Shown piece after piece: positions 25,834 through 40,500 of a stretch of 64,000 nt of DNA; the first letter of the stretch is position 1; each line of letters opens with the position of its first letter. The translations under genes were made by a program, and so were the position numbers. The notes under the pieces were generated by a model. It saw only the letters and a program-made list of their open reading frames with translations, did not search any database and was not told where the DNA came from. The stretch spans positions 9,488,001 to 9,552,000 of the forward strand of contig NC_087249.1 of NCBI RefSeq assembly GCF_037042905.1, read 5' to 3'. Origin of the DNA: Lytechinus pictus (Eukaryota).

Positions 25834-26382
25834 TAATACCATCTTCGCACTGGCCAAACACATCGCTACAGTACCGGGACTGTCCCGAGACTGTAGCGGT
25901 GTTGCCTTCAGTGTGAATTCTCGGACCCGCAATAAACTATCCTGGGATAACCTCGGCTCGCTATAACTCTGCCACAAACCATCACTAGGCAAGCCATAGT
26001 AATAGCAGTGGGACAGCCCCGCGACTGTCCCGGTGTTCCGGATGAAAGCACACCGCTACAACACCGGGATAAACCACTTCTGATATGTTTACTATGATGT
26101 GGGGGCGTCTTGGTCTAGTGGTTATGACTCACATCTTTTAATCTGAAGGGCATGGGTTCCCCGCCCTCAAGTATTTCCGGTGTATCAGAGTCGGGTCACT
26201 CACGGGGTCCCAAGCCTATAGGTGTTTTGTTACCTGCTGCAGTGTGAAAGATACATGAAATTTATCCCGGGACTGTGCCGGGATAACTTATCTACTGTGA
26301 ATGCATTATAGCAGGTTTATAGCGGTGTCGCCGTCCCGCGCTAGCACCGGATAAATTTGAAAACCAGTGTGAAGACGGTATT
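25834..26382. mobile_element. MITE with a nested tRNA-SINE head fragment (about 26100-26162)
   Basis: TIR taataccatcttcgcactgg / ccagtgtgaagacggtatta. Internal tggtctagtggtta A-box-like segment. Confidence 0.65.
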
Positions 26383-29300
26383 AGAAGAGCTGTTAATGGG
26401 GTAATAAATTCACACTCATTGAACCTCATTTGCATACACAAGCAAGTTTTCATCAGTCCCTTTGATAGGTTAAAATAAAATTGTAAACTCACCGATGCGT
26501 CAAAGATCTCAAAATTTTCATTAACTCCTTTGATAGAATCCAAGTTATAGTGATATATATGTATCCAGTAGGCTGTATTCTCGAGGTTTATTTTCAACCG
26601 AACATTAATCCAGAATAACACTTGATAAAGTTGTCAAGTAAATGTCACTGTATAACTTAACTTCAACTACATGTAGAGCAGAGAGTTGGCTCCGTCCATG
26701 CGATAGTTCCTAACAGTTTTAACACTTATTTGCCAAGGGTGACTTGGACCTTTTGGAATGAACTTTGATATTTAAAGCTACAGCTGGATCGCAGAAAGTC
26801 ATTGATTGCGGGGAGGATTTTCTCTGATCACGGGTTCGCGATAAGTTCCAGCTCTAAAAGAACCAAAAAAAAGGGCATTTTGAAAGCTGTCCAAGTTGTT
26901 ACATGCAGCTATTGTGATGTTATTGACTAATCAAGAGAATGAAGAGATCTGATTGTTCGTTGCCCCCGTGAAGGAGGACGATGTGCCCATGATTAATCAG
27001 GTTTTCTAATTAGTGACCACAGGTTTCCCCCTTCCCTTTCACTCGCTCTTCTCCATTCTCATCGATGTTCCCAGTCTCCTAAAATAGCGTCTCTGTCTCC
27101 ATCTTATTCCTTTACATGTACATTGTTGGGTTTGATGTTTGTACTATTATCAATCTTTTTTCATCCTTTATATTAAACATCTCTCTGTGTGTCTTTTTTG
27201 TCAACATGTTTTTATTAATCGATAATCCCTAGGTAAAAACTACAACAAAATTTAACAATCTTCATTTTTTTTATTAACAGAAGTCTTTAAAAATATTCGC
27301 TAACATCTGAAGCAAATAATAATGGAATGACATGCCTTAAAATATACTAGTATGTTTTTAGGCATTCCATACAACCCCCTCTCTCTCACACACACACTCC
27401 CACACCCCCACCCACACACTCTCTCTCTCTTCTCTTCTCCCGTTTATAGATCTACAGTACACGTATATAACCCACATGTGGTTAAAGAAGATAAGGTTCA
27501 CGACCTGCCCACAGCCCAGTTTGAATCTAAAGAGGAAGACCTGTAAATCGTTTGACTTCTCTTTTCCAAGATATTACATATTTTTCTGACCTAGCTACAG
27601 GATTTGGCGAGGGGAAATTATCAATTTTAGGGAGTGTGTCAATACATCCATGATATCATTAGCTCTGCAGTGAGGGAGGGAAGGAGGGGGGGGGGAGAGA
27701 GAGAGAGAGGGGGGCAGCTTCTGATATGATACAGTTACATGAAAGTTATTACTAGTAGTCTACTAATATAGAAACCTGGAAATGGTATGAATTATGAATC
27801 ATTGTTTTATAAATAGACATGATCTTTTCTGACATTATGATAGGATAGAAAGTCATTTCTGTGCATGGTGAAACTTATTTCAAACAAATATATGCAAGAA
27901 AAACGTTCTCCTAGATTCAAAGATATTCCCAAGTATTAGATTCATTAATGTTTTCCTGCTACTACTTGTCAGCATTTTAACCATTTGTGCTGGTTGTTTT
28001 TTACTCGCATTACTGTACATCTACAAATGAATATAATGAAAACTTGTTGCAAATATTACAAAACAAGCATGCATATTAATACAATACAAAATGGAAAATA
28101 CCTTGTATCCTGAATGTAAAACTTTGATGTCATCAAGTAATATTTAATGACGGCTATTCTTGCAACAGCTGCAAATTCCCTGGCTTCAAAGAGGAATAGT
28201 TTCAATCGATCACATCCTTTATGTCCCTAGTTTGACAAAATCAGTCTCCCTCAATCTGTAGAATTTAAAGTTTTAACGCATTCACAAAACCACAACTTCA
28301 TTCCTGTGCGGGCCAGACTAGACACTCTGTTTGCGTTGTGCAACCCGGATGAATGGAGGGTGATATGACGTCTATGGGATGTGGAAATGATGTCAGGTTT
28401 GGGCAAAGATTGAGGCCTTTTAATAGACGTCAGTGTTTCTAACTTCTCTCGTATGCCAGGGTGCCAGTGACTATGTATATAGGTCCATGTTGTAGAGGAT
28501 TGAAGCCTCTTTCACACATGACTTGACACATGTCACCTATAAACAGCAGTGCAGAAAATTAAGTTTCAAGTTGATCTATTTCTGAATTAGTAAGGAAGGT
28601 TACTTTATTTATACATGTAACTACTTTTATCTGATATTACATACAGTACATGAATATGTACGTCGATGTACCGGTATGTAGCCTGCAGAATTCAAATGCA
28701 CAGTTTTTTAGTGCAGGCAGGTTTTACATGAGCATGTTTAAACTATTTCCTGTGTTTTTTTACATTGGAAATGATAATAAGCTATTGACAATTTTTATGT
28801 GTGGATATGTCTTTTACCAAAAATGTCTTTTGATAAAAAAAAGGTGAAAAGGTCGTACACATTAAATATATTTGAGAGGTATTAATATGAATTGGATTTT
28901 AATTCGGTCAGCAAAGCACTGAAAGTTTCAGATGAAAAATAATGAAGTAACATTGACAGCACTTTTCTTTTTCTTTTTTTTTTCTATTTATTTGGAGAAA
29001 CAGCCATCATTAATAGCTGACGATGTATTCTCTGTACTTGTTCTTTTGTATTTTATTTGTTATATTTCAAATTTTTAGGTAAAAAAAACAAAAATGATTT
29101 TCTTATTAATCAATTGTTACTGCAACTAGAAGGTCACAATCATAGAGGAAGTCTGTTACGGGGTTTAAGCATCAATGTGTACTTCCCATTACTCATAAAA
29201 GGACTTGAATATGTTCCATTGGTTTTTTAAAGTGTGAATGGGGCCTTTTGGTGAAACAAACCACCGTAGACTCATCAGGCCTGAGACTCATACTCAGCAG

Positions 29301-30103
29301 AACAATGTGTCTTACCTTCCTGGTCTTATGATGAAGTAATCCCTCTGTTCACAAGTAGAGGAATCATGAATCAAGTAGAAGAATCATGACATTTAGCTTT
29401 TATGTGGGTTATGTTAATGCAAATTTCTCAATCTGTGATAACAAAAAAAGAATATTCAGACCACTAATTATCTGATAGTAAGTTTCAGTTAAGGCCAGTG
29501 CAGACTGCAGACCTTACAATTTGGTGTGCGACCCAATTTTTAAAAATGAAACATAGTAAAATTTGATTTGAATATTGAGACAAAAATATCATAACTGTGT
29601 TAAGTTCTAAATCATTGACTAATGTTCAAATCTGTGATTATGCTGCCATCATCGTCAGAATAAATGCAAATTGAATATCTAGTCATGCTGACGTCATATG
29701 TAAAACGATATGAGATTGAATGAAATGTACTTACTATACTAGACAAAGTAAAGAACTCCATAATCTGTGACATTTTATGACATTTTCATTGGCATGCACG
29801 TTTTTATTCACACTTGTCATAACTATGGTACTTGCATTTGCTTGGTAGAAATTGGCCTTTAGGTTTGTAGCTATGCATTTATCTTTCAGAGCGTGGATTG
29901 CCCTGGAAGAAATTACGCTATTTTTTATAACCTAATTTCTCTTTTTCTCCCTAAACAGGATTACACAATTTAATGTGCTGACGTAGAGAAAATCCTTGCT
30001 ACCACCATTATAATTGGGAGCAAATATGGGCAGTAGTAGTATGGCCAAATTTATTAGAATTTGCATTTGTCTTTACCTTGAGCAACCTATACTCCATGTC
30101 TAT

Positions 30104-30535
30104 AGGTGGTTTCAAACCGCCTCGATCATAAGAATCCCCGTTAAATTATGAGAACTTTTTAGGACCCAAAAATACCCATAAAGTATTACTGCATTCACAC
30201 CGCCCTGAAACATACCCTTCGGGATAAGTTCCTGAAGTTACGAGCATGCGCAGTATGGTCTGATAAGCAAGCGAGGTGCGAGATGCAAAGTCACTAGCTC
30301 AGCAGCCACCCAAGGCACCTGCGCCCAACTAAACGGTGGGCTAAAAGTTCCCGTAAATTGCTTTCACATTGCCAAAATACCTGCGACCTTGGAAAAATCC
30401 CTGCGAAAGTTCTCGTAATTTTGACAAGTACCTACTATTTAGTGGGTATTTTCTTTCGGGGAGATTACGCGTAATTTACTTTCACATTGCCAATATTACC
30501 TGGTATTTTCTGATCGAGGCGGTCTGAAACCACCT
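30104..30535. mobile_element. PIF/Harbinger-like MITE
   Basis: TAT|aggtggtttcaaaccgcctcgatca ... tgatcgaggcggtctgaaaccacct|TAT. Confidence 0.85.
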
Positions 30536-30764
30536 TATGAAAGTTTTTATTTATGAGAATTATTGTGTCAGGGTGTTCTCTCTTGTGTTTTTGTGTTAAG
30601 CTGGGATAAATTTAATCTTTAAAAAGAGATTAAATTAGTCTGATTCAGATTGTTAAAAGTAAAGCTGATGGAAAAACCCTGCAAGTAGATGGGTCAGGGT
30701 GGGCATTAGGACCAAAGTAAATTAAATTTATGCAACTAAATAGCAATCACCCGAAAATTGCCAA

Positions 30765-31120
30765 TTCGTCTACTGCCAACTCGTCCACTCACCACATGGT
30801 CTACCGTCTCCCTTCATTTAGTCTAATGCCATTCCGTCCATCAACATGTCGTCCAACAACCGTTTGGTCCAATAACCATTTGGTCCATTCATCACTTCGT
30901 CCAATCACTGTTTCGTCTATGACCATTTCGTCTGATTATCAGTTGGTCTAATATACATTTCCTTTTCATTCATTTTGCACAATTAACACTTAATCCAATT
31001 AGACCAAATGGTGTATGGACTAACTGGCTATTGGCAATTAGACCATGTGGATAGTGGACGAACTGATGGTAGAGCAAATGACAGTAGACGAGTTGGCATT
31101 AGACGAATTGGAAATAAACC
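30765..31120. mobile_element. MITE with short tandem-repeat arms (TCGTCCA-type)
   Basis: ccaattcgtctactgccaactcgtc at the left is inverted against gacgagttggcattagacgaattgg at the right. Confidence 0.65.
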
Positions 31121-31356
31121 AATCACCCATGCTTATTTTTTAATTTTTAATTGGCGATCAATTTTCATTTTCAGTTATGTATGTAGTACATTTTTGTTTG
31201 GTTTATAAATATTTTTCAGATTTCATTTATACTAGTCCCAGTGACCACCATTAATTGCAATTTTGTTTGTCAGATGATTAAATGAAATTAAAATCATGAA
31301 TTCTTTACGAAACATTTCTTTCTTTATATAAATACAGAACTAGCTGAAGTCAAACC

Positions 31357-31593
31357 ATGCCAACGTTAATAATCCTAGATGCGTCGCTATCCATGATGCG
31401 ACCCCTCGCATCCTCTTCCGTGCCCCTTGATCCAGCGAACACCGAAACAAGGCGGTCCGTCGCGCAGACGTGTCTTTGTTCTATGTTGGACTACATCTCG
31501 GCCAACGATCGCATGGAATTCTGTGCCCTTGTTGCTTATTCATCGTTATATGAGGTTCTGATGCCTTTTACAAGAGATCATAGTGAACTGAAA
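31357..31593 (+). CDS. INTS14: INTS14 coding exon 1 (VWA domain start)
   Basis: Acceptor-like AG at 31336-31337 upstream of ATG 31357. Encodes MPTLIILDASLSMMRP...PFTRDHSELK. Donor gtaagt at 31594. Confidence 0.95.
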
Positions 31594-34500
31594 GTAAGTC
31601 TCTTCAAGTTTTGATATCATATTAGATATGAAAACATACATGTATGCCTTCGTAGATGGACCAAATATTTGAAATATGCAGTGACATTTAGAGTGCTTTA
31701 GCGATGCATCAAAACCACATATTTTGGTCTGTTTCAGTTGCCTGTTCAATACGAGAGCATATTGAATAAAGGACCAAAATCCGACAAATGTCCCAATGCG
31801 AGACCGTACTTAACAGTCTAAATAAATGTGCATGCGCGAATGCTTGAAAAATAGTACGCGTACAACAGTGCAATGTGCAGCATAGAGCAGGGTGATCATA
31901 AAGTCATCAGCTATATATAAGTTGCATATCTCTGATTATTGATCTTATTAATTGATTGTGGTAAATTCTATTGATTTCACTGCTCAATCAATTTTTCCCC
32001 TTTTTTCTAGGGGGGGGGGGGGGGGAGTTGGGTAGATAATAATTATATTGGATGGCTTTATTTCATGGAATACCGGAAAATCAGAAATATTCCACTGGCT
32101 GGGGCCAATACCGCACTCATCTTAGTTTTGTGCCATGTTACCCCTAACTCCTGGGATATATCTGGTTTTGCATTCTAAGCCATCCAATATAAATGTAATA
32201 TAAATATTTTTTTTACAATAGAAAAAGACAGATACATGTAGAGGAAGGAAGGGGGAGTGGAGAGACAGAGACAGAGACAGATAGACATAAGATCAATGGA
32301 CAGAAAGTGACACGAGCAACATACAAAAACATACATATACTACATGTACAAATAAAATGCAACACCACTGCTCACATCTGAAAGAAGATATTGCAGAAAA
32401 GGTGGCTCTTTTGTACATCCTTTTTTAATGGTCAAGTACTCCCCAGAAAAAAATTGATTTAAAGGTCAAGTCCACCCAAGAAAAATGTTGATTTGAATAA
32501 ATAGAGAAAAACCAAACTAGCTTAATGCTGAAAATTTCATTAAAATCTGATGTAAAATAAGAAAGTTATGACATTTGAAAGTTCGGTTATTTTTCACAAA
32601 ATAGTGATATGCATAACTCAGTGACATGCAAATGAGACAGATGATGATGTCTCTCACTCACTATTTCTTTTGTTTTTTATTGTTTGAATTATACAATATT
32701 TCTTTTACAGATTTGACAATAAGGACCAACTTGACTGTACCATATAGTAGTAAACAATGCTAATTCCACAGATTCAGGGAGGAATTAATTGCTGTTTCAC
32801 TTGATAATGAGGGGAAAATTAGAATACTTCATATTTCATGAAATAAAATACAAAAGAAATAGTGAGTGGATGACGTCATTAGTCTCCTCATTTGCATACC
32901 CACCTGGATGTGAATACAACTGTTTTGTGAAATTAAGCGAAACTTTAAAATGTCATAACTTTCTTATTTTATATCCGATTTTGATGGAATTTTCAGCATT
33001 ATGCTTGTTGGATTTTTCTCTTTTTATTCAAATAAACTTTTCTTGGGGTGGACTTGTCCTTTAAATAAATAGACAAAAATCAAACATGAATAATGCTGAA
33101 AACTTCATCAAAATCGGATGTAAAATAATAAAGTTATCGCATTTTAAAGTTTCGCTTATTTTTCACAAAACAGTTCTATGCTCAACTCAGTGATATATGC
33201 AAATGAGAGAGTCGATGATGTCACTCACTATTTCTTTTGTTTTTTATTGTTTGAATTATACAATATTTCAATTTTTACAAATTTGACGATTAGGACGCCC
33301 TTGCCTGAACAAAAAAATATGAAAATAATGGAATTCAACATGGAATTCAATGAAACTTCATTTCACATGACAATGACAAGAAAATCTAAATATTTCATAT
33401 TTAATAAAATAAAATACAAAAGAAATAATAAGTGGCTTATGTCATCAGTCCCCTCATTTAAAAAGGATGTGCATATATATATGTAACTGTTGAGAAGCTT
33501 TAATATGTTATAACTTTCTTATTTTACATCCGATTTTGATAAAATTTTCAGTGTTATGCTTGTTTGATTTTTCTCTTTCTATTCAAATCAGTTTTTTGTT
33601 GGGGTGGACTTGTCCTTTAAATAAACTTTTTAAATTTGGCATGCCTGTCATATTCTGTTGTGTTACTGTATGTTTTAATCTTTATTTTCTTTTCTCAGTG
33701 GGTTGGCCTATTTCAAGGTTTGCTTCCTTTTCTGTATTATTATTACAGTCATATGGTCCTCACTTCATATGACTCATTATTTTAAAGATATTATTTATCC
33801 ATGTAGGCCTATATATCGGTATGTACTTTTCACCTTATGATCTATTGTTGAAAATTGACTAAACTTGAAATTTGAATCTTTTAAAAAATTGTTTGTACTT
33901 CAATTCAAATGGACATATTTTTTCTTTCAATGTGATTTTTGTATTAAAAATCATTTGACAAATTTCTTGAAAAGTTATTTGTACAGGTGGGCGTTTCATA
34001 AAGCTGTTCGTTATGTTAAGAGTGACTTTAAGAACGACTGGTGATCCTTGTGGTAAATGGTATATTCATTGGCGATGGTTAAGCGCGTAATAAAGGTTCA
34101 CCAGTCGTTCATAAAGTGGCTCTTAACTTACAAACAGCTTTATGAAACAGCCCCCAGGTCTTATCTAAAGCAAAATTAAGTATAGAGGAAGGATGTCCGC
34201 GAAACTGGCCACGTCGAGGTATCAAGAGAACTAGTTTCTCATTAGATAATAAACATATTGTTAAAATTGTTTTAGATATTTGGGGTAAAAGGGACTTTCT
34301 ACTTCGATGTACCGATTCAAGTCCAAACTCCTTGGTCTGATGGCTACATGTATTCTCCTCTGGGTGCATGAGGTATCATTCCAATTAAAATAAAAGTAAA
34401 CATAGCTGCTGCTGATAGCTGATACCAGTCCTTTGGAAGTCCTTTTCATATCTGCTGAAAGACAGTGTCAATAATGATCACGGTACTGAACTCAATAGCT

Positions 34501-37500
34501 TGAAAGGCATTGATCTATGCAACCAATATCCTGAAGCCATTCATGTCCAAATCCCACTGTCTGAATGTCAATATTCTGGTTCCATTATCATTGGAGATTG
34601 AGGGTTCAAGTTTTCAAATATTTATACTGGTTATTGAGACCAATTTCAGGTCTGCGGTGAACATTTGCTGGTGATACACATAGGGTGTGTTCAATGTCGG
34701 TTTCCAAATTGAAATGGCAACATATGAATCATGATTACAAATGTGATTACAAAATGCGATATAATGAGAATCAAAGGGTGTGTTGAATATCTTGAACTCA
34801 ACTCCAATCGGGGTCGTTGAAATAAACGTCTTTCAAATCAAGATTCAGAGAAAATTTATAAGTCGAAAAAGATGTGTTTGTAAACGAGATCAGCTCAGAT
34901 TTTATGACTCTCGGGATCGCCATTGCGATGTTGAACACGATTGAGTTTTTAAACATAGATTTTAGATTTGCTCTTGCAGTGGAAGCCTAGACAAGCAGAT
35001 GCCAGAATTGACCTTTCTTGTGAAGGGTCAAACTGCGCACTAAAGCTGCGCTAATAAAAGCGGGAAATTTGAAGACGATCAACAACTAATCAGCTTTATG
35101 TTTTCGACACTGAACAGTGCACCGCTGATCGTGTTTGTGTTCTGAGTTTTGTAACAAGTTTTCAATCATGATTCATTTTGCTGTTTGAATTAAAAATTGA
35201 CATTGAACACACCAATACTGTACGTCAAAAGTGGACTGAGGCTTGCATCGGAGGCGTCCCGACTTACATGTGTAATTCCCTTTTTTCAAAAGCCGAACAG
35301 ATGCCAGCTCGTAATGTGTCCACCTCTGGATGTGGCCTGAAGCTGGTGTTATGGTGGCTTCATTCCTGCAATTGGTGTGTATCACCCCTTTGCTTTTTAT
35401 GGGATGGAATGTTTCATTACCTTACCTTATTGTCTGCTTTCCAGGTTTTCCAGCCTGTTGGATCCATAAATGTTAATGATTCCACCTCTTCTATGGTGTC
35501 CTCCAAATTAAAATTCATTGATTTTAATAATGTATTACTCTGTACTGATAAGCGTAATATTCCTTATCAGTTTCCTTTAACTTTAACAGGCAAGAGAACA
35601 TTACCTTGTGACTGAGAAACTTCATTAATCGCTTTTAATAATGAAGAATGATGCATGGGCATGCAAATATTCATGTGCATTGAGGGACTCCCAAGGATGT
35701 TGCCCTTTTCTGCTTGAATAGGTTGTAACTTTGTCATTGAAATAAATCAATATCAAGACCATGGAGGAGAAATCAATGAAAAAGACTCTTACCAATGTCT
35801 TGTAATTATTGGTCAATAGAAGTTCATTCAAGTACAGTATTATTATTGTCATCTATGATCTTTGAGAACAATGCCTATGATGTAGGCCCACAGGTTTCAT
35901 TCATTGCTTCGCCAATAATGAGTTCTTCTTTTATGATGGGGGGACCTAAAGCTACGCACTTTGTTTTCAAACGATAAAAACTATGCCAATTTTAATTTTT
36001 GAACAAATTATTTTTCACTAATTTGTAGATTGTAATAAATATTCTGAAGATCCTTAACCATCAAGAAAATATTACAAAACTCACTAATACGAAAATCCCG
36101 CCGTGTTTTCCGAATGCCTCTTGATTTCGCCGCCCGATGTAGAAGGGGTCCTAAAGCTATGCACTCGATTTACCATGCAAATAACTAGTATTTTCTGTGC
36201 CTCAATTTCTAAAATATGTTCGTATTAGTATAGGAAAATATGAAACTAAAGTGAATATAACTCCAGAATTCCAAACATTTGCTGGTTTTCTCTGCATTCA
36301 AGGATTTATTGCAGCCTCTGTAGAAAAGTTGAATAGGGATCGTTCGTCACTCTGCAGTCACAGCTTCACACACAGAGCTTGAGTGCGCATTTATTTTGCC
36401 ATTTGAATTGCATGCACAATGGAGTGGTGCGTAGCTTTAGGACCCCCTACCAAATATAGAGCAAAATGATTCTCGCACCTTTTGACACAGATTAGCAAGA
36501 CTTGGGTTGAACATCAAGACAAATTTCTCTGATTCACACCATGATTTAAATGTGGTTTAACGTAATGCTCTTGTTGCCAAAATATTAATTCATATTCACT
36601 GATTTGAAATCAAAATTGCAATTAGGAAACTTATCCATTATTAGAAATTCAAATTAATAACTAATGATATAGGTAGACGAAGCACAACTTAGTATACTTC
36701 TTTAACAAACTGTCGATTTCATGTTTCTGTCTATTAAAGTTAAATGCGGAAAAAAAACTTTTTAAAGTTAAAAATTTAACTAAAAAGAATAGAAAGAAAA
36801 TCAGATCAGGGTCCCGTAACACAAAGGTTAGCAATTAATCGTACGCTTGATTTTCACGAGTGTAGTCAATGGAATCAATCAGAAAAATGTTCTACGACCA
36901 TTGCTAAGCTTTGTGTTACGGGCCCCTGGCCACTTGGCCATTTTCAAACACTTTTCGGAGATTATATATTTTATCCTCTTTATTTGTAATTTGGTAAAAT
37001 AAATTATTGCTAATCTGAAGAATATTGTTTGATTTGTTTAGCCCTGAAATTAAATCCTGGCTTGGAAAGTTATTTCAATTTTCAACGGGTTTACCCCAGG
37101 AGGCATGAAGGTTATATTCAACTGATGACTGCTTAATAATAAGGCTTGATGTATGCTCACCTAATTCCCAATTCCTATCAAATCTAATTGATAGGGTGTA
37201 CCTGGCCTGGCCTGAAATTAGATTTGTTGTTTGACGTCAGCATTTGGGTCCCAAGGGGGCAGATAAGGCCTGAAAATAGTTTCGCTGGGGTTTATGAATA
37301 TGTAGATTGTTTATTATTAGGATTCAATCTTTTCGCAATCGCTTTCTTGGGAGATTGTTTTGATGAGATATATGTCAGGAATAGCCTTGGCTAGCTTATG
37401 TGTTACATTCAGGGAGGGGGAGGGGGGTTGCAAGTTTTCAATCTGTAATCTTGATAGCCGTACAACGTATATGGAAATGTATGATCATCGCTCTTTGAAA

Positions 37501-40500
37501 ATACGTAATGATCCATTTTGTTTTTTGATGATGGTGAGCGCTGATGGTGTGTGAACAAAATAGAAGAAATTAGAGAGATGACATGACTAAAATCAATACG
37601 TGTACATTAATGATGGTCACATTGAAGGTATTCAAAATGTGATGGTATCACATTCTTATTCAAACCCTTTTTGAATACCACATGTACATGTAGGCCTACT
37701 TGTAAGAATTAATTTTTCCAAATCTAACTGGGTATTATTACAAGTGCATTGACATGGCCTCTCCTTTTGAACTCCATATCCCAGTAATTCATATTTTTAA
37801 CTTTACAGACAGCTTTGTAACTGTAGTTGTAGACAAGCCCCAACCCCCCCCCCCCAGAAAAAGATGAAATGGAATAATGGGTTCTGTAACCAAAATTGTA
37901 CATTGAAGTCAATTCAATCAAGCATTTTATATAAAAAAATGTCCTACAATGATTGCTATAAAGCTTTGCGTTACCGGCCACAGATTGCATACATGTACGT
38001 ACATGTACTACAATCAGTACAGCTAAATGTACAGAGAACAAATTTAACGCTAGGAGAAAAGGCCTATGACTCTTCAGCTCCATCTCTCTGGAATGCTCTT
38101 CCACGGAGGATCCGAACAATTGAATTGCTTAAAGCATTTAAAATCCTTTCTGTTTTGTTCTTACTTTTGTTAAATATGTTAATGTAATTTGTTCTGACCA
38201 TTCACCCACACAAGCAAACTTTTTCCCCCCATAATCCATCCCTCTGCGCCTCGGAATAGTTTACTAGATAGATGGCGCATAATATGCTGTCTGTGTTTAT
38301 TATTATTATTTTAGGACTGTCTGTCTACCCATTAATAAAAAAAGGGATCTGTCCTGTAGAGAGGTCAGTAGAACAGTGGGGGTCCTGTAATAGACTCCTG
38401 GGGGTGTTTTACAAAGATTTCAGTTTGACTTTGAGTCGTACTTACTACGTGCCGACGATTACATGATTTGCAACGCATAATCTTATCGATCAGTATGCAG
38501 TAGTGCGCATCCCCGTCACATGATCTGACCAATGAGGTCAGATCATGCCTTCTATACCGCACGCAAATAGACATTTAAAGTGCGACTTCAATCTTTGTGA
38601 AACACCCCCCCCCAGTACTTTAGAATAATGAGTGGTGATCCTTAAATTTGATACCACCATGGAGGTAAAAAAGAGTGACAACGAAATGCAAATTAGATTC
38701 ATTTAGCTTTTGATTTGTAAAGAAGTAGCACATAACATTGCATTTAAAACCTAACAAATAAACAACACTGCCTATATTTTGGGACCACCTGACATATGTA
38801 GTGTACTCAATGTTTTGGTTTTCTTTCAAATCAATTTTATCTCACGTTCAGATAGCCATCCAGTCAATGGATACGTATGATAAGACGCTGCTAGACAATG
38901 TACTCCTCAACATGAGTAATTATGTGATGGAAGAATGGGGTTCCAATACACCGGTCAAGGTAAGGAATCATTATTGATTGATTTTAATTGTTATACTTAA
39001 AGGAGTACTCTATGCTCAAAGTGATATGGTTTGAACAGATATTCGGAAATCAGACAAACAAACACAGAGACTTTGATCAAATTGGACAAGGAATAACAAA
39101 GTTATAAAATCTGAATGATTTGCATTATTTCGGTGATACAGTTCTATGCATGTCTTCATGAACATTCAATGAGCAAATTAATGATGTCAAATCCCCACTT
39201 GTTCTTATGTACTATATTATATGAAATTATGTTTACCGTATTCAAATTTGGTCATCCAATAACTAAAAAAATGGATTGAAAACTTATTTAATGCATCAGA
39301 TAGTCTATGCTGCTTCATATTTAATTATAAGGGAGATGTATCACACACAGACATATATGAAAATATGAAATAACATATTGTCCTCATGAATATTCATGAT
39401 GACATGCATATTTGTTTTCAGATTTTGATGAAATTTTCTGCATTTTGCTTGATGAATTATTTCATAATTGTTTTCAGCCCAGAGTACTCCATTAAGGGCA
39501 GTGTGTCGTTGTTAAAGCTCGTTACTAATGTTGTACTATTAAACAAAGAAGTTTAGGGCCCTGTCTTCCAAAGAGTTGCAAAAGATTCAAACCAAACTCG
39601 AATTGCGATTGATCTATATTTGTGTAGTTGAGATAAATTTTATCTGTAGACAAAGATACTACAAGGGAAAGATCGGACACTTCGGCGATTTTTTGAAACG
39701 CTCCCAAACTCCCGAAAAATGCTCCTGGGGAAGGGCGCCCAACAGTGTTGAGTAAGTAAACCATGGCACATCGGCACACAGCTGTGAGAGAGGGGACTTT
39801 GGAGAGGGCTCAAGTGTGGTGCATGGGAGTAATTCCACCTTTTATTATCCCAAAACCTCTGAAATATTAATTAATCTTTAATTTAAGAAAAAAAATTGAA
39901 TGAAAAATTGTTTAAATGTAAAAATCATCTTCAACCCTTCACCATTTCTCTCATATGTTTTGTACACAACCATTTCGCAAAACGCAAAGGTAAAAAAAGG
40001 TAGTTACTTACTCAACGCTGTGGGGCGCTCTTCCCGAGCATTTCATTACGCGGTCTATGTACTGTCCGATCTTCCCCTTGTAGTATCTTTGCTGTAGATC
40101 AAATGCCATTTATAGAGTCTGATTAAAATCCATCTCAAAATCTTTCAAGATTGGGCACCGCCCTTCGCTCATGAGACACCTCAATAAACTAAAATGAGAA
40201 AGATTTAGACAAATTTTTACATGACATTCTTTGGGTGGCATTTAGTAAAATTCTTAGGCTGGAATCACAAATCAAATGTAAACCCAAAATGGTTATTTCT
40301 GAAGAGTAAGCATTCAGTCACACTGTTTTCCTTTCTTTTTAAGCCCACCTATCATGCATTGCAGGTCTGTTAGTTTGACCCAGGAAATAAAGGTCAGCTT
40401 TAGAGTGTGTGCGATACGTTTCAGGGTACAGTTTCGGAAAGACTTGTTATAACACAATTTCTATAACAAATGTCCTATCAACCAATCAGATTGAAGGATC

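Noticed and set aside
26690..28560. GC-balanced patches as hidden exons
   Set aside because: No recognisable reading frame with splice sites. They may be regulatory, but that is unsupported.
29941..30060. Strong acceptor-like site ctttttctccctaaacag at 29958 as an INTS14 5' UTR exon
   Set aside because: No convincing donor or other support, so it cannot be called from sequence alone.
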